Positions 37,683-46,653 of a DNA stretch of 64,000 nucleotides are shown here, one piece after another. The stretch is from Vulcanimicrobiota bacterium. GTDB lineage: Bacteria > Vulcanimicrobiota > Vulcanimicrobiia > Vulcanimicrobiales > Vulcanimicrobiaceae. The position numbers and the translations under genes were made by a program. Every line of letters starts with the position of its first letter. Position 1 is the first letter of the stretch. The DNA is taken from positions 1,152,001 to 1,216,000 of the forward strand of contig OY968762.1 in NCBI GenBank assembly GCA_963695225.1. Direction: 5' to 3'. The notes under the pieces are model-generated. The model saw only the letters and a list, made by a program, of their open reading frames with translations, did no database searches and was not told where the DNA came from.

Positions 37683-38296
37683 CGGGCGACTATCCTCAAG
37701 CGCGTTTCGTGCGAATCGCGCATGCGCACGGAAGCGATCATCGCCTCGACGACGTTCCCATCCCATTGCGTTCCACGCCCGTCGCGTAGGACGGCGATCG
37801 CCTCCGCCGAGGAATACGGCTTGCGATAGACGCGCTGCGAGATCATCGAGTGGTATCCGTCGGCGACGGATACGATGCGCGCCGTCAGCGGAATGCGCGA
37901 GCCCGCCAAGCGATCGGGATACCCCTCGCCGTCGTGCCGCTCGTGATGCGAGCGCACGATCGGCGCGGCGTCGCGGAGTGCCGGAATCGTTTCCAGCATC
38001 CGCGCGCCCTCGGCGGGATGCGAACGCATGATCTCCCACTCGCGCACGTCGAGCGGCCCCGGCTTCAAGAGGATCGCATCGGGCGTCGAGACCTTGCCGA
38101 TGTCGTGCAACAAGCCGCACAACGCCGCGAAGTTGCACTCGCGAGGCGTCAGACCGAGTTGCACGGCGATGCGGCGCGCCCAGACGGCCGTCGACCGGGA
38201 GTGCGCGGCGGTGCCGAAATCGTACGCCTCGAGCCGCGCGATGAGCGCGTCGGTGCGCGCGTCGCGGGTCAGATCAAGCGTGGCTTCGCACTCCAT
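37679..38296 (-). CDS. Stand-alone HD-GYP phosphodiesterase
   Basis: LLHDIGK, HHERHDGEGYP, RIVSVAD; GGAGG RBS before ATG 38296. Confidence 0.92.
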   Translation of the reverse strand: MECEATLDLTRDARTDALIARLEAYDFGTAAHSRSTAVWARRIAVQLGLTPRECNFAALCGLLHDIGKVSTPDAILLKPGPLDVREWEIMRSHPAEGARMLETIPALRDAAPIVRSHHERHDGEGYPDRLAGSRIPLTARIVSVADGYHSMISQRVYRKPYSSAEAIAVLRDGRGTQWDGNVVEAMIASVRMRDSHETRLRIVAR

Positions 38297-38367
38297 CGAC
38301 ACCCCTCCGGAAAGCCTTGGTTCCTGCCTTATCCACAGGGACCTCCGCCATGGGCTATGGAGCGGAG

Positions 38368-39357
38368 TTACCCACCCACGCGAGCTCTCACGCGCTTTCC
38401 CGATCCCGCCGCAAGCGGCGCCGCCGGGACGGCGAACGCGATCAATCCTGCCAAGAAACAGAGCCCGCCGATCCACATCGCGAAAACGGGCGGGATCGAC
38501 GAGGTGACGAGCGCGGGATAGGCGCCGAGCGTTCCGCGCAGGCGAACCCCGCCCAGGTCGACGTCCTTCCCCTGCGGCGCGAAGCCGATCCCATCCGGCA
38601 GACCGCGTCCGAGCTCGTCGGCGACGGCGAAGAGCAGCGCGCTCCCCTTCGGCGTCCCCGCAGCCGGCGCGCCGTGCGAGCCCGCCGGTAAATCCTTCAT
38701 GTCGAACAGCACCGCGCGAACCTGGCGGCGCGCGGCGGGCACCGCAAACTGATCGGACGGATAGTTCTTCCCGGAGAGCGGGATCCGATCGGTGAACAAC
38801 AGGACCGGCGACAAGAACGCGGAGCCGGTCGGTTGCGTGATCGTCAGGTGGCGCCCCCGGGCGTCGCGAGCCTCGATGTACGCAGCAGGTTGCGCCAGCA
38901 GTTCCAGCGCCGTGGACCCGACGAAGCGCCGGCCTCCCAGGCCAAGGTCCCCGGCCGGCGAGCCGTGCTTGGCGAGCGAGACGCGCGCGTCGCCCCGCGC
39001 GAGCGCCGCGGCGTCGACGTTCGGAAACGTCGCCGAGATGCCGGCGTCGGCGAGCGCCAACGTCGTGCCCGGCGGCCGCGCGATCGTCTCCGAATCGGGC
39101 CCGAGAAGCCCGGAGCCGATCCCCGCCGCGATGCAGACGAGCGCGCCGACGACGGCAATGAGGGCGCGCTGCCCCCGCGGACCCGCGGTGCCGCCGCGCA
39201 CGGTGCCGATGAACCCGAACAGCGGGATCGCCGCCAGGACGAGGACGCCGGAATACTGCCAGGTATGGAACCCGGTCCACTGCGGGTAGAAGTACTGCGC
39301 GCCGACGCCGGCGATCGCCGCGGCGGCGAGCGCCAGGATACCGAGTTGCTGCTTCAA
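38368..39357 (-). CDS. Membrane protein, possibly divergent ResB/Ccs1-like
   Basis: Three N-terminal TMs, soluble domain, C-terminal TM; start overlaps tlpA stop. Confidence 0.65.
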   Translation of the reverse strand: MKQQLGILALAAAAIAGVGAQYFYPQWTGFHTWQYSGVLVLAAIPLFGFIGTVRGGTAGPRGQRALIAVVGALVCIAAGIGSGLLGPDSETIARPPGTTLALADAGISATFPNVDAAALARGDARVSLAKHGSPAGDLGLGGRRFVGSTALELLAQPAAYIEARDARGRHLTITQPTGSAFLSPVLLFTDRIPLSGKNYPSDQFAVPAARRQVRAVLFDMKDLPAGSHGAPAAGTPKGSALLFAVADELGRGLPDGIGFAPQGKDVDLGGVRLRGTLGAYPALVTSSIPPVFAMWIGGLCFLAGLIAFAVPAAPLAAGSGKRVRARVGG

Positions 39358-39896
39358 CGTGCCGCCAGCAGCGGCGCGACCTTTGCGCGCATCTGTTCCA
39401 ACGTGAGCGGCCCGTCGACGCCCTCGGCCACGCGGCCCGTACGGTCGACGAAGACCGTCGTCGGGAGCCCGACCGAGCCGAACGCGCGCCCGTACCGCTG
39501 ATCCTCGTCGAGCAGGATCGGATAATCGAGCTTCTGTTCCCGAGCGAAAGAACGGGCTGCTTCGGCGGACTCGCCTTGGTCGATCCCGAGGACCACGACC
39601 CCCTTGCCGCGCTCTTCGCGGTAGAGCTGAGCGAGTGCGGGCGTCTCTTCCCGGCACGGCGCGCACCACGAGGCCCACAGGTTCGCGACGACGATCTGCC
39701 CGCGGTAGCGGTCGAGAGCGTCGGCGGCGCCGTCTAAACGCTTGACCTCGTAACTGGCCGCCTGCGAACCGACGATCGACGTCGGCCCTCCCGGCCCCGG
39801 CTTCGTGGACCCGGTCCCCCCGAAAAACGTGCCGAACGAAGCCACGGCGACCAATATCCCAACCGCACCCACAACCAACCAAAGGGTCTTACCCAT
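39354..39896 (-). CDS. TlpA/ResA-family thiol-disulfide oxidoreductase
   Basis: N-terminal TM, NLWASWCAPCREE, GLPTTVFVD. Confidence 0.92.
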   Translation of the reverse strand: MGKTLWLVVGAVGILVAVASFGTFFGGTGSTKPGPGGPTSIVGSQAASYEVKRLDGAADALDRYRGQIVVANLWASWCAPCREETPALAQLYREERGKGVVVLGIDQGESAEAARSFAREQKLDYPILLDEDQRYGRAFGSVGLPTTVFVDRTGRVAEGVDGPLTLEQMRAKVAPLLAAR

Positions 39897-40821
39897 GCAC
39901 ACCACTTCGCACGAATCCGTCGCCGCCCCCGCGCGCTCCGCCCCGTCCTTTGCGGATCCGGGCTGGGTCCGCAGCGACACGCTGCTCTCCGAGGACGGCC
40001 TGCGCCTTGCCACGTTCGAGACCGGGCGCTCGGATCCGGGCGCTCCGGTCCTCCTCCTCGTGCACGGGCTCGGGCATTGGACGCAGGCCGCCTGGGACCG
40101 GCTCGCGCCCGAACTCGCCGAGCGGTACCGCATCGTCTCGCTCGATCTCCCCGGCTTCGGCGCTTCCGGCAAACCGGATATCGAATACCGGCTCCCGTTC
40201 TACGCGGGGGTCCTGCGCCGCTTCATGGACGCGCGCGGCATCGAGCGCGCGATCCTCGCCGGGCATTCGCTGGGCGGCCTGATCTCGGCGGATTTCGCAC
40301 AGCAGTCGCCGGAGCGCGTGCGGGCCCTCGCGCTGATCGACCCTGCCGGCTTCATGCGCACGCCGAAGCTCCTGCTCCGCGCGGTCGCAAGCAAACCCGC
40401 GGGCTGGCTCTTCAAATTGACGCCGACGCCCGGTTTCGTGCGGCGCACGATGGATCAGGCGATGCACGATCCCCGCAACGTGAGTGCCGAGATCCACGCC
40501 CGCGCCTACTCGCTCGCGCTCGAACCCGCCGTGCGGCGCGCTTTCGCGCGCGTCTACGCGGGCGCGCTGCAGGAGATGCTGGACCTATCCGGACTACACG
40601 CGCGCCTGGCGCGCTACCGGGGACCTGTCTTGCTCGCCTGGGGGCGGCACGACGCCTACATCCCGCTCGCCGCGTTGCGGAACGCGCGCGCGGTGTACCC
40701 GCAGGCGAGCGTCGCCGTCTTCGAGCATTCGGGGCACTGCCCGAACGTCGAGGAGCCCGAGGCGCTCGCCGCTCAGCTCGTGCTCTTGGGGAATCGCGCG
40801 GCGAGCAACGACGGCCGCTGA
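39895..40821 (+). CDS. Alpha/beta-fold hydrolase
   Basis: LVHG, DLPGFG, GHSLGG nucleophile elbow, WGRHD, SGH. Confidence 0.92.
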   Translation: MHTTSHESVAAPARSAPSFADPGWVRSDTLLSEDGLRLATFETGRSDPGAPVLLLVHGLGHWTQAAWDRLAPELAERYRIVSLDLPGFGASGKPDIEYRLPFYAGVLRRFMDARGIERAILAGHSLGGLISADFAQQSPERVRALALIDPAGFMRTPKLLLRAVASKPAGWLFKLTPTPGFVRRTMDQAMHDPRNVSAEIHARAYSLALEPAVRRAFARVYAGALQEMLDLSGLHARLARYRGPVLLAWGRHDAYIPLAALRNARAVYPQASVAVFEHSGHCPNVEEPEALAAQLVLLGNRAASNDGR

Positions 40822-41450
40822 TCGAGCGCGACGTAGACGGGATATTCGGCGACGCTGAATCCGGTGGGGCGTTGTTCGACCATGCCCAGGCGCCGCGCGA
40901 GGCGCAGACCTTCGGGCGTGAACGCGACAGAGCAGAGATCGACGCGCGACGAGTGCGCCGCCGCCGTCGTCCAGCCTTCGATCGCTCCACAGATCAGCCG
41001 CCGGGCCACGGCCGTTCGCTTTCTGCGCGCGTCGCGCGCGACGACTATGCCCGAGCAGTACCACGAGCGCGTCGATCTCGCGTCGGCGACCGGAGCGAAA
41101 TCGGCGCCGCGCAATTGCTTCTCCGCGCGCTTCCCGGTCGCGAGATCGTAGAAGGCCGCGCGTCGCAGCGGCCACAATCCGAGGCTGCCGACGGTCCGCC
41201 CGTCTTCGACGAACAACCAGAAGCCGCGCGGATACACGGACCACCAGCGCAGCAGCAAATCGAGATCGAGCGCGGCGTTCCCGTATTCGGCCTCGTCGAG
41301 TTTCCAGGCCGAGATCACTTCGATCTCGCTCGCAGCCGGACGGACCCCGCTCGCCGAAAGCACGCCGAGGCGGTTCGTCTCTGATTGGCGGCGATCGTCA
41401 TGCGTGAGGCCGAAGCGGCCGGTCACGATGCCGAAGACTCGGGGCAGCAC
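40773..41450 (-). CDS. Hypothetical GNAT-like protein
   Basis: VGSLGLWP, WYCSGIVVARDARR, FTPEGLRLARRLGM resemble GNAT motifs; start uncertain. Confidence 0.55.
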   Translation of the reverse strand: MLPRVFGIVTGRFGLTHDDRRQSETNRLGVLSASGVRPAASEIEVISAWKLDEAEYGNAALDLDLLLRWWSVYPRGFWLFVEDGRTVGSLGLWPLRRAAFYDLATGKRAEKQLRGADFAPVADARSTRSWYCSGIVVARDARRKRTAVARRLICGAIEGWTTAAAHSSRVDLCSVAFTPEGLRLARRLGMVEQRPTGFSVAEYPVYVALDQRPSLLAARFPKSTS

Positions 41451-41494
41451 GCTCCCGTTTACACCGCCCGCCGAGGCGGTTCCCTGTGGAGAAG

Positions 41495-41785
41495 CTACCA
41501 GTCGCCCATTCGCGTCTCTTCGACCTCGCCTTCGAACACGATCGTGCCCGGGGCGAGGACGGCCGCAAGCAACGGGACCCCGTCGTAGACGATGCGAGTC
41601 GAATGCAGGTGCGCGACGACCTCGGAGCGTTCGAAGAGCGCGCAGTAACGCTCGAGCACGTCCGGGCTGCAACGCGCGCGGAGCGGGCGCACGCCGTACA
41701 ACTCCGCGAAGCGGCCGAAGGCGCGTTCGAAAGCTTGCCGCGAGTAGCGCGGGCCGAGTTGGATCTCCCGACGAACGTGTTCCAC
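41495..41785 (-). CDS. Hypothetical protein (96 aa)
   Basis: Fills the gap divergent to folD; globular-looking composition. Confidence 0.55.
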   Translation of the reverse strand: MEHVRREIQLGPRYSRQAFERAFGRFAELYGVRPLRARCSPDVLERYCALFERSEVVAHLHSTRIVYDGVPLLAAVLAPGTIVFEGEVEETRMGDW

Positions 41786-41836
41786 AGGACGACTTTCCGG
41801 GGGATGGTCGCGAGGCGACCGCCAAACCCTTATGCA

Positions 41837-42706
41837 ATGTCCGCACGTCTCCTCGACGGCCGCGCGCTCGCGTCAGAGTTGCGCGCCGAGCTCCTGCGCC
41901 GAAGCGCCGCTCTCTCCGCCCGCGGGGTTGCGCCGCGCCTCGTCGTCGCCATGGTCGGCGCGGACGAATCCAGCGTCGCATACGTCCGCAACATGGAGAA
42001 GCTCGGCGAAAAGATCGGGATCGCTGTGGCCGTCGATCTGCTGGACCCGCGGACTTCGATCGCGGCGCTGCGCGAACGCCTCGAGGGGTACGGTCGCGAC
42101 CGTACGCTCCACGGCGCGATCCTACAGCAACCGCTCCCCAAGCATCTCCCGATCCGCGAGATTTGCGACGCGATGCCGCCCGAGAAGGACGTGGACGGCG
42201 CGCATCCGTTCAATCAAGGAAGGCTCGCCTTCAGTACCGGCGCAACCTTCGTGCCGGCGACGCCGGCCGCGGTGATGCTGTTGCTCCAACGCAGCGAGAA
42301 GTGGCCGCTGCGCGGGCGCGAAGTCACCGTGATCGGGCGCTCGAACGTGGTCGGGCTCCCGGTGAGCCTCTTGATCATGGCGCAAGACGCGACCGTCACC
42401 GTCGCTCACCAAGAAACGCTCGACCTGCGCGCCCACGTGCGCAACGCGGAGATCCTCGTCGTCGCCGCGGGCGCGCCCGGGCTCGTGACGGGCGAGATGC
42501 TGCGGCCGGGCGCGACCGTCATCGACGTCGGCACGACGGTCGTCGGCGGCAAGCTGCTCGGCGACGTCGATTTTGCGAGCGCTCTCGAGGTCGCCGGCGA
42601 ATTGACGCCGGTCCCCGGCGGGGTCGGCCCCGTGACGAACATCGCGTTGATGCAGAACGTCATCCACGCGGCCGAGAGGCTCAGCGGAGCGTCTCGTCCG
42701 ATTTAG
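41837..42706 (+). CDS. folD: Methylenetetrahydrofolate dehydrogenase (FolD family)
   Basis: LLDGR, QQPLP, KDVDG, GRSNVVG, GDVDF, TPVPGGVGP. Confidence 0.93.
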   Translation: MSARLLDGRALASELRAELLRRSAALSARGVAPRLVVAMVGADESSVAYVRNMEKLGEKIGIAVAVDLLDPRTSIAALRERLEGYGRDRTLHGAILQQPLPKHLPIREICDAMPPEKDVDGAHPFNQGRLAFSTGATFVPATPAAVMLLLQRSEKWPLRGREVTVIGRSNVVGLPVSLLIMAQDATVTVAHQETLDLRAHVRNAEILVVAAGAPGLVTGEMLRPGATVIDVGTTVVGGKLLGDVDFASALEVAGELTPVPGGVGPVTNIALMQNVIHAAERLSGASRPI

Positions 42707-43425
42707 TTCAAGCTGAAGTGTTTGCCGAAGAAGCGCTCCTGATCGGCGCGGAACGTCCCGCCCGGCGCATCCGCCCGTTCGACGACGGGCTCCGCGCGTT
42801 TGCGCTCGAGCAGCGAGCGCAACTGCGGTAACAGGCGCCGCAAGAACTCGAGCTCGGCATGAAGGCGCTCTCGCGTGTCGGATAGCGCGAGCAAGCGCTG
42901 CTTCATCGAGTCCGCGACTTGCAACGCGTCGCCGACGAGGTACGACGTGACGACCGGATCGTCGGGTAGCTCGATATCGGCTTGGATGCCCGAGAACTCG
43001 ACGAGCAGCCGCAGATACTCGCGAAAGACGTCACGGATCTCGTCGACCAGCTCGCCGAGGGTTGCGGGGGACGCCGCGCCTTCTTCATCGAGATACGTCA
43101 CGGCGGCGAGCAAGTACGGCTCCCGCAGGACGACGCGATCGATGCGAAACCGCCGCCGCCCGACCGTGCTGATGTAGTAACGTCCTTGTTCGAGCGGCGT
43201 CACGTCTGCAATCTCCGCCGTCGTTCCGATCTCGTGCGGGTTCGCGCTCGGATCGCCGGCTTCGTCGCCGTCGCGAAGCAGGACGACTCCGAACGGCTCG
43301 CCGCCTTCGAGGCATTCGGAGATCATCTGCTTGTAGCGCGGCTCGAACACGTGCAGGTTCAAGTTCGCGCCCGGAAAGAGCACGGTGTTGAGCGGGAATA
43401 TCCGCAGGCGGTTTTCGACGGGCAT
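42703..43425 (-). CDS. LON substrate-binding-domain protein
   Basis: IFPLNTVLFPG..LHVFEPRYKQM, FGVVL, GRRRFRI. Confidence 0.9.
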   Translation of the reverse strand: MPVENRLRIFPLNTVLFPGANLNLHVFEPRYKQMISECLEGGEPFGVVLLRDGDEAGDPSANPHEIGTTAEIADVTPLEQGRYYISTVGRRRFRIDRVVLREPYLLAAVTYLDEEGAASPATLGELVDEIRDVFREYLRLLVEFSGIQADIELPDDPVVTSYLVGDALQVADSMKQRLLALSDTRERLHAELEFLRRLLPQLRSLLERKRAEPVVERADAPGGTFRADQERFFGKHFSLN

Positions 43426-43435
43426 GCGCTACGGG

Positions 43436-44059
43436 CTACGTCGCCGGATTCGGAGTCACGAGACGCGATTCGCACTTCGCCCAATCGATGTTCGCGAAGA
43501 ACGCCTCGATGTATTTTGGCCGTTCGGCGGGCTTGTAATCGAGCAGGAACGCATGCTCCCATACATCCATGACGAGGATCGGTTTGAAGCCGGCCGGATT
43601 GCCGTCTTCGTGCAGCGTCACCCAATGATTGGAGATGCGGCCGTTCGTCGGATCCTGGAAGGCGATCGCCCAGCCGACCCCGCGCATCGCGCCGACCGAG
43701 GTGAAGTCTTTCTTCCACGTCGCGTAGTCGCCGAAGCTGGCGGCGAGGGCCTCCTGGAGCGGCCCGGAACGCAGCTCGCCGCCCGGCGAGCTCGTCAGAT
43801 TGTCGAAGTAGTACTCGTGCAGGCGCATCCCGTTGTATTCGAAACCGAGCCGGCGCGAGAGCTCGGCAAAATGCGGGTTCGCGCCGCCGGCCGTCCCGGC
43901 GGTGAGGATCTCGGAGATCTGCTCGTTCAGGAGGTTCGTGTTTTTCACGTACCCCTCGTACAAGCCGAAATGGACCGCGAGCGTCTGATCGGAGATACCT
44001 TGGAGCCCCGCAAGACTCCACTTTTTCGCGGCGTACGCTGCTTGCGTCAAGGTTGCCAT
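43436..44059 (-). CDS. Fe/Mn superoxide dismutase family protein
   Basis: HFGLYEGYV, LHEYYF, DVWEHAF ligands; GGAGG RBS. Confidence 0.92.
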   Translation of the reverse strand: MATLTQAAYAAKKWSLAGLQGISDQTLAVHFGLYEGYVKNTNLLNEQISEILTAGTAGGANPHFAELSRRLGFEYNGMRLHEYYFDNLTSSPGGELRSGPLQEALAASFGDYATWKKDFTSVGAMRGVGWAIAFQDPTNGRISNHWVTLHEDGNPAGFKPILVMDVWEHAFLLDYKPAERPKYIEAFFANIDWAKCESRLVTPNPAT

Positions 44060-44175
44060 GAGTCGAAGACCTCCCGGAAACGTTGGAAACGAGTGAGACG
44101 GACATTCGACGACGGCCGGGGCGTCCTTGTCGTCCTCGCAGGTCCCGGCAGCCGATACTTCACAACATTCCATTC

Positions 44176-44802
44176 GTGAGCGACAAAGACTACCTGGCGC
44201 GGCTCCACCGCGACCCTTCACCGCTCTTGCTCGAACTCGAACAGCTGGGGGCGCGCGAGCGCGTCCCGATCGTCGCCCGCGAGACGGGGCGGCTGCTCTC
44301 GACGCTCGTCCACGCGATGCAGGCGAACCGCGTCCTCGAGATCGGGACGGCCTACGGCTACTCGACGCTCTGGATGGCGCTGGCCTTGCCGCCGGCAGGC
44401 CGAATCTGGACGATCGATCCCGATCACGCACGGACGGCGGTCGCGCATCAATTCCTGGCGCGCTCCGGCAAGGCGGGCTCGGTCGACATCATCAACCAGC
44501 CGGCGCTCGACATCTTGCCGACGTTTCCGCAGCGCAATCTCGACATCGTGTTCATCGACGCGTTAAAGACGGAGTACGAAGCGTATCTCGAGCGTTGCGT
44601 CCCGCTGCTCAAGCTCTCGGGGCTCGTCCTCGTCGACAACCTGCTGTGGGACGGCCTCTCGGCGGCCGCTCCGGCGCAGCGCGATTCGCCGGAGACGCTC
44701 GCGATCCGGTCGTTCAACCGGGCCTTCTTGCGGCACCCGCAGCTCGACGCCACGATCGTCGACATCGGCGACGGCGTAGGGATCGGCGCGCGCATCGCGT
44801 GA
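44176..44802 (+). CDS. O-methyltransferase (COMT/CCoAOMT-like)
   Basis: VLEIGTAYGYS, VFIDA, LVDNLLW, GDG. Confidence 0.9.
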   Translation: MSDKDYLARLHRDPSPLLLELEQLGARERVPIVARETGRLLSTLVHAMQANRVLEIGTAYGYSTLWMALALPPAGRIWTIDPDHARTAVAHQFLARSGKAGSVDIINQPALDILPTFPQRNLDIVFIDALKTEYEAYLERCVPLLKLSGLVLVDNLLWDGLSAAAPAQRDSPETLAIRSFNRAFLRHPQLDATIVDIGDGVGIGARIA

Positions 44803-45272
44803 GCGAGCTGCGCGCCGTCATGCGCCGCTTTCCGACCGGCGTGACCGTCGTGACGACGGTCCTCGACGGCCGGCCGAAAGGCTTCACGGCCACGGCGTTC
44901 GCGAGCGTTTCGCTCGAGCCGCCCATGGTGTTGATCTGCGTGAACCGCAACGCGCGGACGCACCCGATGATCTCGCAGGCGGGCATCTTCTGCGTCAACC
45001 TGCTCCCCGTGGAGCGCCGAGACCTCGCCGAGCTCTTCGCGCAGCATCGCGAATTCGATCCGTTCGCCGAGGTACTGTACGAACGCGCCGCTACCGGCGC
45101 CCCCGTCATCGCGGGGGCACTCGGCTACGTCGATTGCACCGTCGCCGAGGAGTATAGCGCCGGGACGCACACGGTATTCATCGGCTCCGTCGCCGCCTGC
45201 AGTGCGAGCGAAGGCGTCCCGCTCGGCTATCTCAACGGCGCCTACCGCGATTTCGGGTTCCACGTTCCCTAG
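44799..45272 (+). CDS. Flavin reductase-like protein
   Basis: FPTGVTVVTT, SVSLEPP, GTHTVFIG; GTGA overlap with upstream stop. Confidence 0.92.
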   Translation: MSELRAVMRRFPTGVTVVTTVLDGRPKGFTATAFASVSLEPPMVLICVNRNARTHPMISQAGIFCVNLLPVERRDLAELFAQHREFDPFAEVLYERAATGAPVIAGALGYVDCTVAEEYSAGTHTVFIGSVAACSASEGVPLGYLNGAYRDFGFHVP

Positions 45273-45312
45273 GCGGAGGAGGAACCCGGCCCGCCGCACC
45301 AAGGGAGGTTTC

Positions 45313-45993
45313 ATGAACACCCCGCAGGCCCCGGGCGGCGACCCGATCGTCGTCGAGCACTTCCCGGTCGGCGACCTCGCCTGCAACTGCACGATCGTCG
45401 CGGATCGCGCTACGGGCGAAGCGATCGTCGTCGACGGCGGCGACGACGTCGACGAGATCGCCGGGCGGCTCGACCGGCTCGGCGTGCGCGCGACGTACTT
45501 GCTCCACACGCACGCGCACTTCGATCACATCGGCGCCCTCGGCGAGCTGCGCGACCGCACCGGCGGCCGCGGGCTGCTCCACCCGGCGGATCTCCCGCTG
45601 TACGCGACGCTCTCCGCCCAAGCGCGTTTCTTCGGCCTCCCCGCGCCGCGGGTCGTGCGCATCGACGGCGACCTCGCCGAAGGCGACCGCATCGCGGCCG
45701 GCGGCGCCGTCCTCGAAGTCCTGCATACGCCGGGGCACACGCCGGGGAGCGTATCGTTCGCGCTGCACGCGGAGCACCACACGCGTTTGCTGAGCGGCGA
45801 CACGCTGTTCCGCGGCGGCGTGGGGCGCTGGGACGTCGGCGGGACCTCGCTCGAAGACATCGTCGCCTCGATCCGCTCCAAACTGTTCGCGTTCGCCGAC
45901 GCGACGCTCGTGATCCCCGGACACGGTCCGGCCACGACGATCGGCCTCGAGCGCGCGACAAACCCATTCCTGGTCGACCCGTCGCACGCATAG
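45313..45993 (+). CDS. MBL-fold metallo-hydrolase (glyoxalase II-like)
   Basis: THAHFDH, TPGHTPGS, SGDTLF, PGHG. Confidence 0.93.
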   Translation: MNTPQAPGGDPIVVEHFPVGDLACNCTIVADRATGEAIVVDGGDDVDEIAGRLDRLGVRATYLLHTHAHFDHIGALGELRDRTGGRGLLHPADLPLYATLSAQARFFGLPAPRVVRIDGDLAEGDRIAAGGAVLEVLHTPGHTPGSVSFALHAEHHTRLLSGDTLFRGGVGRWDVGGTSLEDIVASIRSKLFAFADATLVIPGHGPATTIGLERATNPFLVDPSHA

Positions 45994-46637
45994 GATCGGG
46001 GCGGAGCGCCGGACGGCGTTTCGACGCCTCGCTCGGCGTCGCGACGGAAGCGCTGCTCTTCCTCGGCGAACTCGACCCGGAAGCGATTGGGCCGAACCTC
46101 GAATACGCGACGCACTACGAGCCGACGCCGCCCGCCGACGCGGAACGGCTGCTCGACGCGCTCCCGCTCGCACCCGAACGGGCGGTCTTCGTCGACGTCG
46201 GCTCGGGGCTCGGGCGCGTCGTCCTGCTCGCGGCGCGCCGCCCTTTCCGGCAGGTCATTGGGCTCGAAATCTCACCGGCGCTGCACGAGACCGCTCGCGA
46301 GAACCTCGCGCGCGCGGAAGATCCGCTACGCCGCTGCCGCGACGTGCGGCTGGTCCGGGGCGACGCGGCGCGCTATCGCTGGCCGCGGGGCGACCTCGCG
46401 CTCTATCTCTACAACCCGTTCCGCGCCGAGGTTCTCGAGGCCGTCCTCGCGGACGTCCTCGCCGAACGCGCGCGCGACGTCGCGCTGCTCTACCACACCC
46501 CGCTCGAAGCCTCGACGATCGAGGCAACGGGCCGCTTCCAGCTCGTCGAGGACTTCGGAATGGCCCGCATCTATCTCGCCCGCGGCACCGGCAGCACATC
46601 GTCGACGCCATGTCACGCCGAGGTCGCCGAGCAGTGA
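45990..46637 (+). CDS. Class I SAM-dependent methyltransferase (non-canonical start)
   Basis: Frame stays open upstream of the tracked 46344 ORF: FDASLGVAT, YEPTP, FVDVGSGLGR, GLEIS, GDA, LYNPF. Confidence 0.8.
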   Translation: MGSGRSAGRRFDASLGVATEALLFLGELDPEAIGPNLEYATHYEPTPPADAERLLDALPLAPERAVFVDVGSGLGRVVLLAARRPFRQVIGLEISPALHETARENLARAEDPLRRCRDVRLVRGDAARYRWPRGDLALYLYNPFRAEVLEAVLADVLAERARDVALLYHTPLEASTIEATGRFQLVEDFGMARIYLARGTGSTSSTPCHAEVAEQ

Positions 46638-46653
46638 GTTCGAGGTCCTTCGC

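Noticed and set aside
37679..39280. Long N-terminal extensions in the ORF track (HD-GYP 533 aa; also sufS, sufU, livG, livF, folD, SOD)
   Set aside because: Arg/Ala-rich off-frame run-ups over neighbouring genes; downstream starts fit the families better, so these are not real fusions
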